Below the pieces are notes generated by a model. The model was not told where the DNA came from and did not search any database. It saw nothing but the letters and a program-made list of their open reading frames with translations. Positions 62,831-64,000 of a stretch of 64,000 nucleotides of DNA are shown in pieces. The position numbers and the translations under genes are program-made. The stretch covers positions 1,406,963 to 1,470,962 of the forward strand of contig MU058781.1 of the NCBI GenBank assembly GCA_013265495.1. The letters run 5' to 3'. How positions within the stretch are numbered: the first letter of the stretch is position 1; each line of letters opens with the position of its first letter. The stretch is from Vicugna vicugna (lineage: Eukaryota).

Positions 62831-63829
62831 CGCGCGCGGGAAGGATGCTCCCTCTGTAAGTTCTGACTCGCTTAATGAAGCCGATAGTCAGCGTGGGTTA
62901 CTGTTCACCTGCGGACACCCCTGACAGGAAGAGAAGGCAGCTGCACCCTCCCAGGGCAAGCCTGGCTGAGGTGGGCACAGAGCCCCAGCTCCCCAGTGTT
63001 TGTCCATCCGCCGGGAGTTCAGTCTCTGGGTTTATCAGAAGGGCGGGACATTTGTGTAAGTTCCTATTTCTGTCCCATCTCTCTAGACCCAACAGCCCAA
63101 AGTTTCTTGTGGGCTCGTCCCCAACCCCTGGGGTTCCCACTGCTCTGAGTTCTTTTAAGGCTCTTCTGTGCACGCCCACCCCTTCGGCTGTTACTTACCC
63201 AATGCCCTCCGCTTTGTTCTCCTGGCTGTACTGGAGACACTTCCTAAGACAGGGCTCTGGGCTTGCCATGTGCCCTTGTGAAATGAGCAAATGGGTAAAT
63301 GAATGAACGATTTTGGAAATCAGACAAACATGTTTCCCTAAAGCTTTTGAAGGACTCCAGGAAAATAATTCCGTGAGACCACGGGATATGAGTTCTGATT
63401 TCCTGGACCTACGATTTCCCGCTTGGTGCTTAGTACAGAACAGTGGTGAGGAGAGCGGACACCGTAGCCAGTGTGCCTGGGTTTGAACCACAGTCCCACA
63501 GCCTCTGCCACCATGTGACCTCAGCATGTCACTTAACATCTAGTTCATAGCAATGTTGCAAAGAGGAAGTGTGTTCACACTGATAAGGCACTTAGATTCG
63601 GGCTCAGCAGGTGGTGAGATTTATGTGTCACCTACTGCTGTACCGGTTTTATTTTTACTATGAGCCCCTCAGAGCTGCTCGTGACCCATACTCACTGTGT
63701 GGCTGTCCTGAAATGCATCCAACATAGGCTTTGGCCCAGGAGTTGCAGGTGCTCAAAAGTCCCATGATCATAATGTTACGAATCACAGCCACGTGACAGC
63801 TGTGTCAGGCACTGTGTACCATGACCTTC

Positions 63830-63960
63830 TGGGCGATCTTTCAAACCTCCAGCAGCCTTGCAGGATGGTCATTGAATCCCTGTTTTCCAGAAGAAAAGAC
63901 TGAAGCTCAAGGGGGAAAGAATGTCTTGCCCAAGGCCACATAATCAGAAGGCAGTGTCAG
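63830..63960 (-). mobile_element. MIR fragment
   Basis: CCCTGTTTTCCAGAAGAAAAGACTGAAGCTCA...CTTGCCCAAGGCCACATA. Confidence 0.7.
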
Positions 63961-64000
63961 AATTCTCACCAGAATTGTCTGGAAGATCAGACAATTAGGC

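Overview
Mammalian genomic DNA, most likely camelid (alpaca/llama/camel), judged from Vic-1-type tRNA-derived SINEs and camelid-type L1 3' ends. The window covers the 5' end and about 57 kb of upstream DNA of TFAP2A (AP-2 alpha), transcribed on the minus strand. Two alternative first coding exons are visible: exon 1a (MKMLWKLTDNIKYEDCE, 2310-2360) and exon 1c (MSILAKMGDWQ, 6598-6630). Exon 1b and exons 2 onward lie left of the window. Bases 1-14,000 are a CpG-island-rich promoter domain. The rest is intergenic DNA dense in L1, L2, MIR, MaLR/ERV LTRs, a decayed ERVL gag/pro/pol and SINEs. Apart from these exons and fossil retroelement frames, the ORF track appears to be noise. I found no convincing wholly new gene system. 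The best leads are a 90-bp inverted templated insertion inside an L1, a stop-containing alternative donor plus uORFs at exon 1c, an inverted pair of CCAAT/octamer-rich ERV1 solo LTRs (one aimed at TFAP2A, TATA intact, polyA signal lost), and three co-oriented CTCF motifs. Repeat family names are recognised from memory of consensus sequences. Repeat boundaries are approximate unless a target-site duplication (TSD) is quoted.
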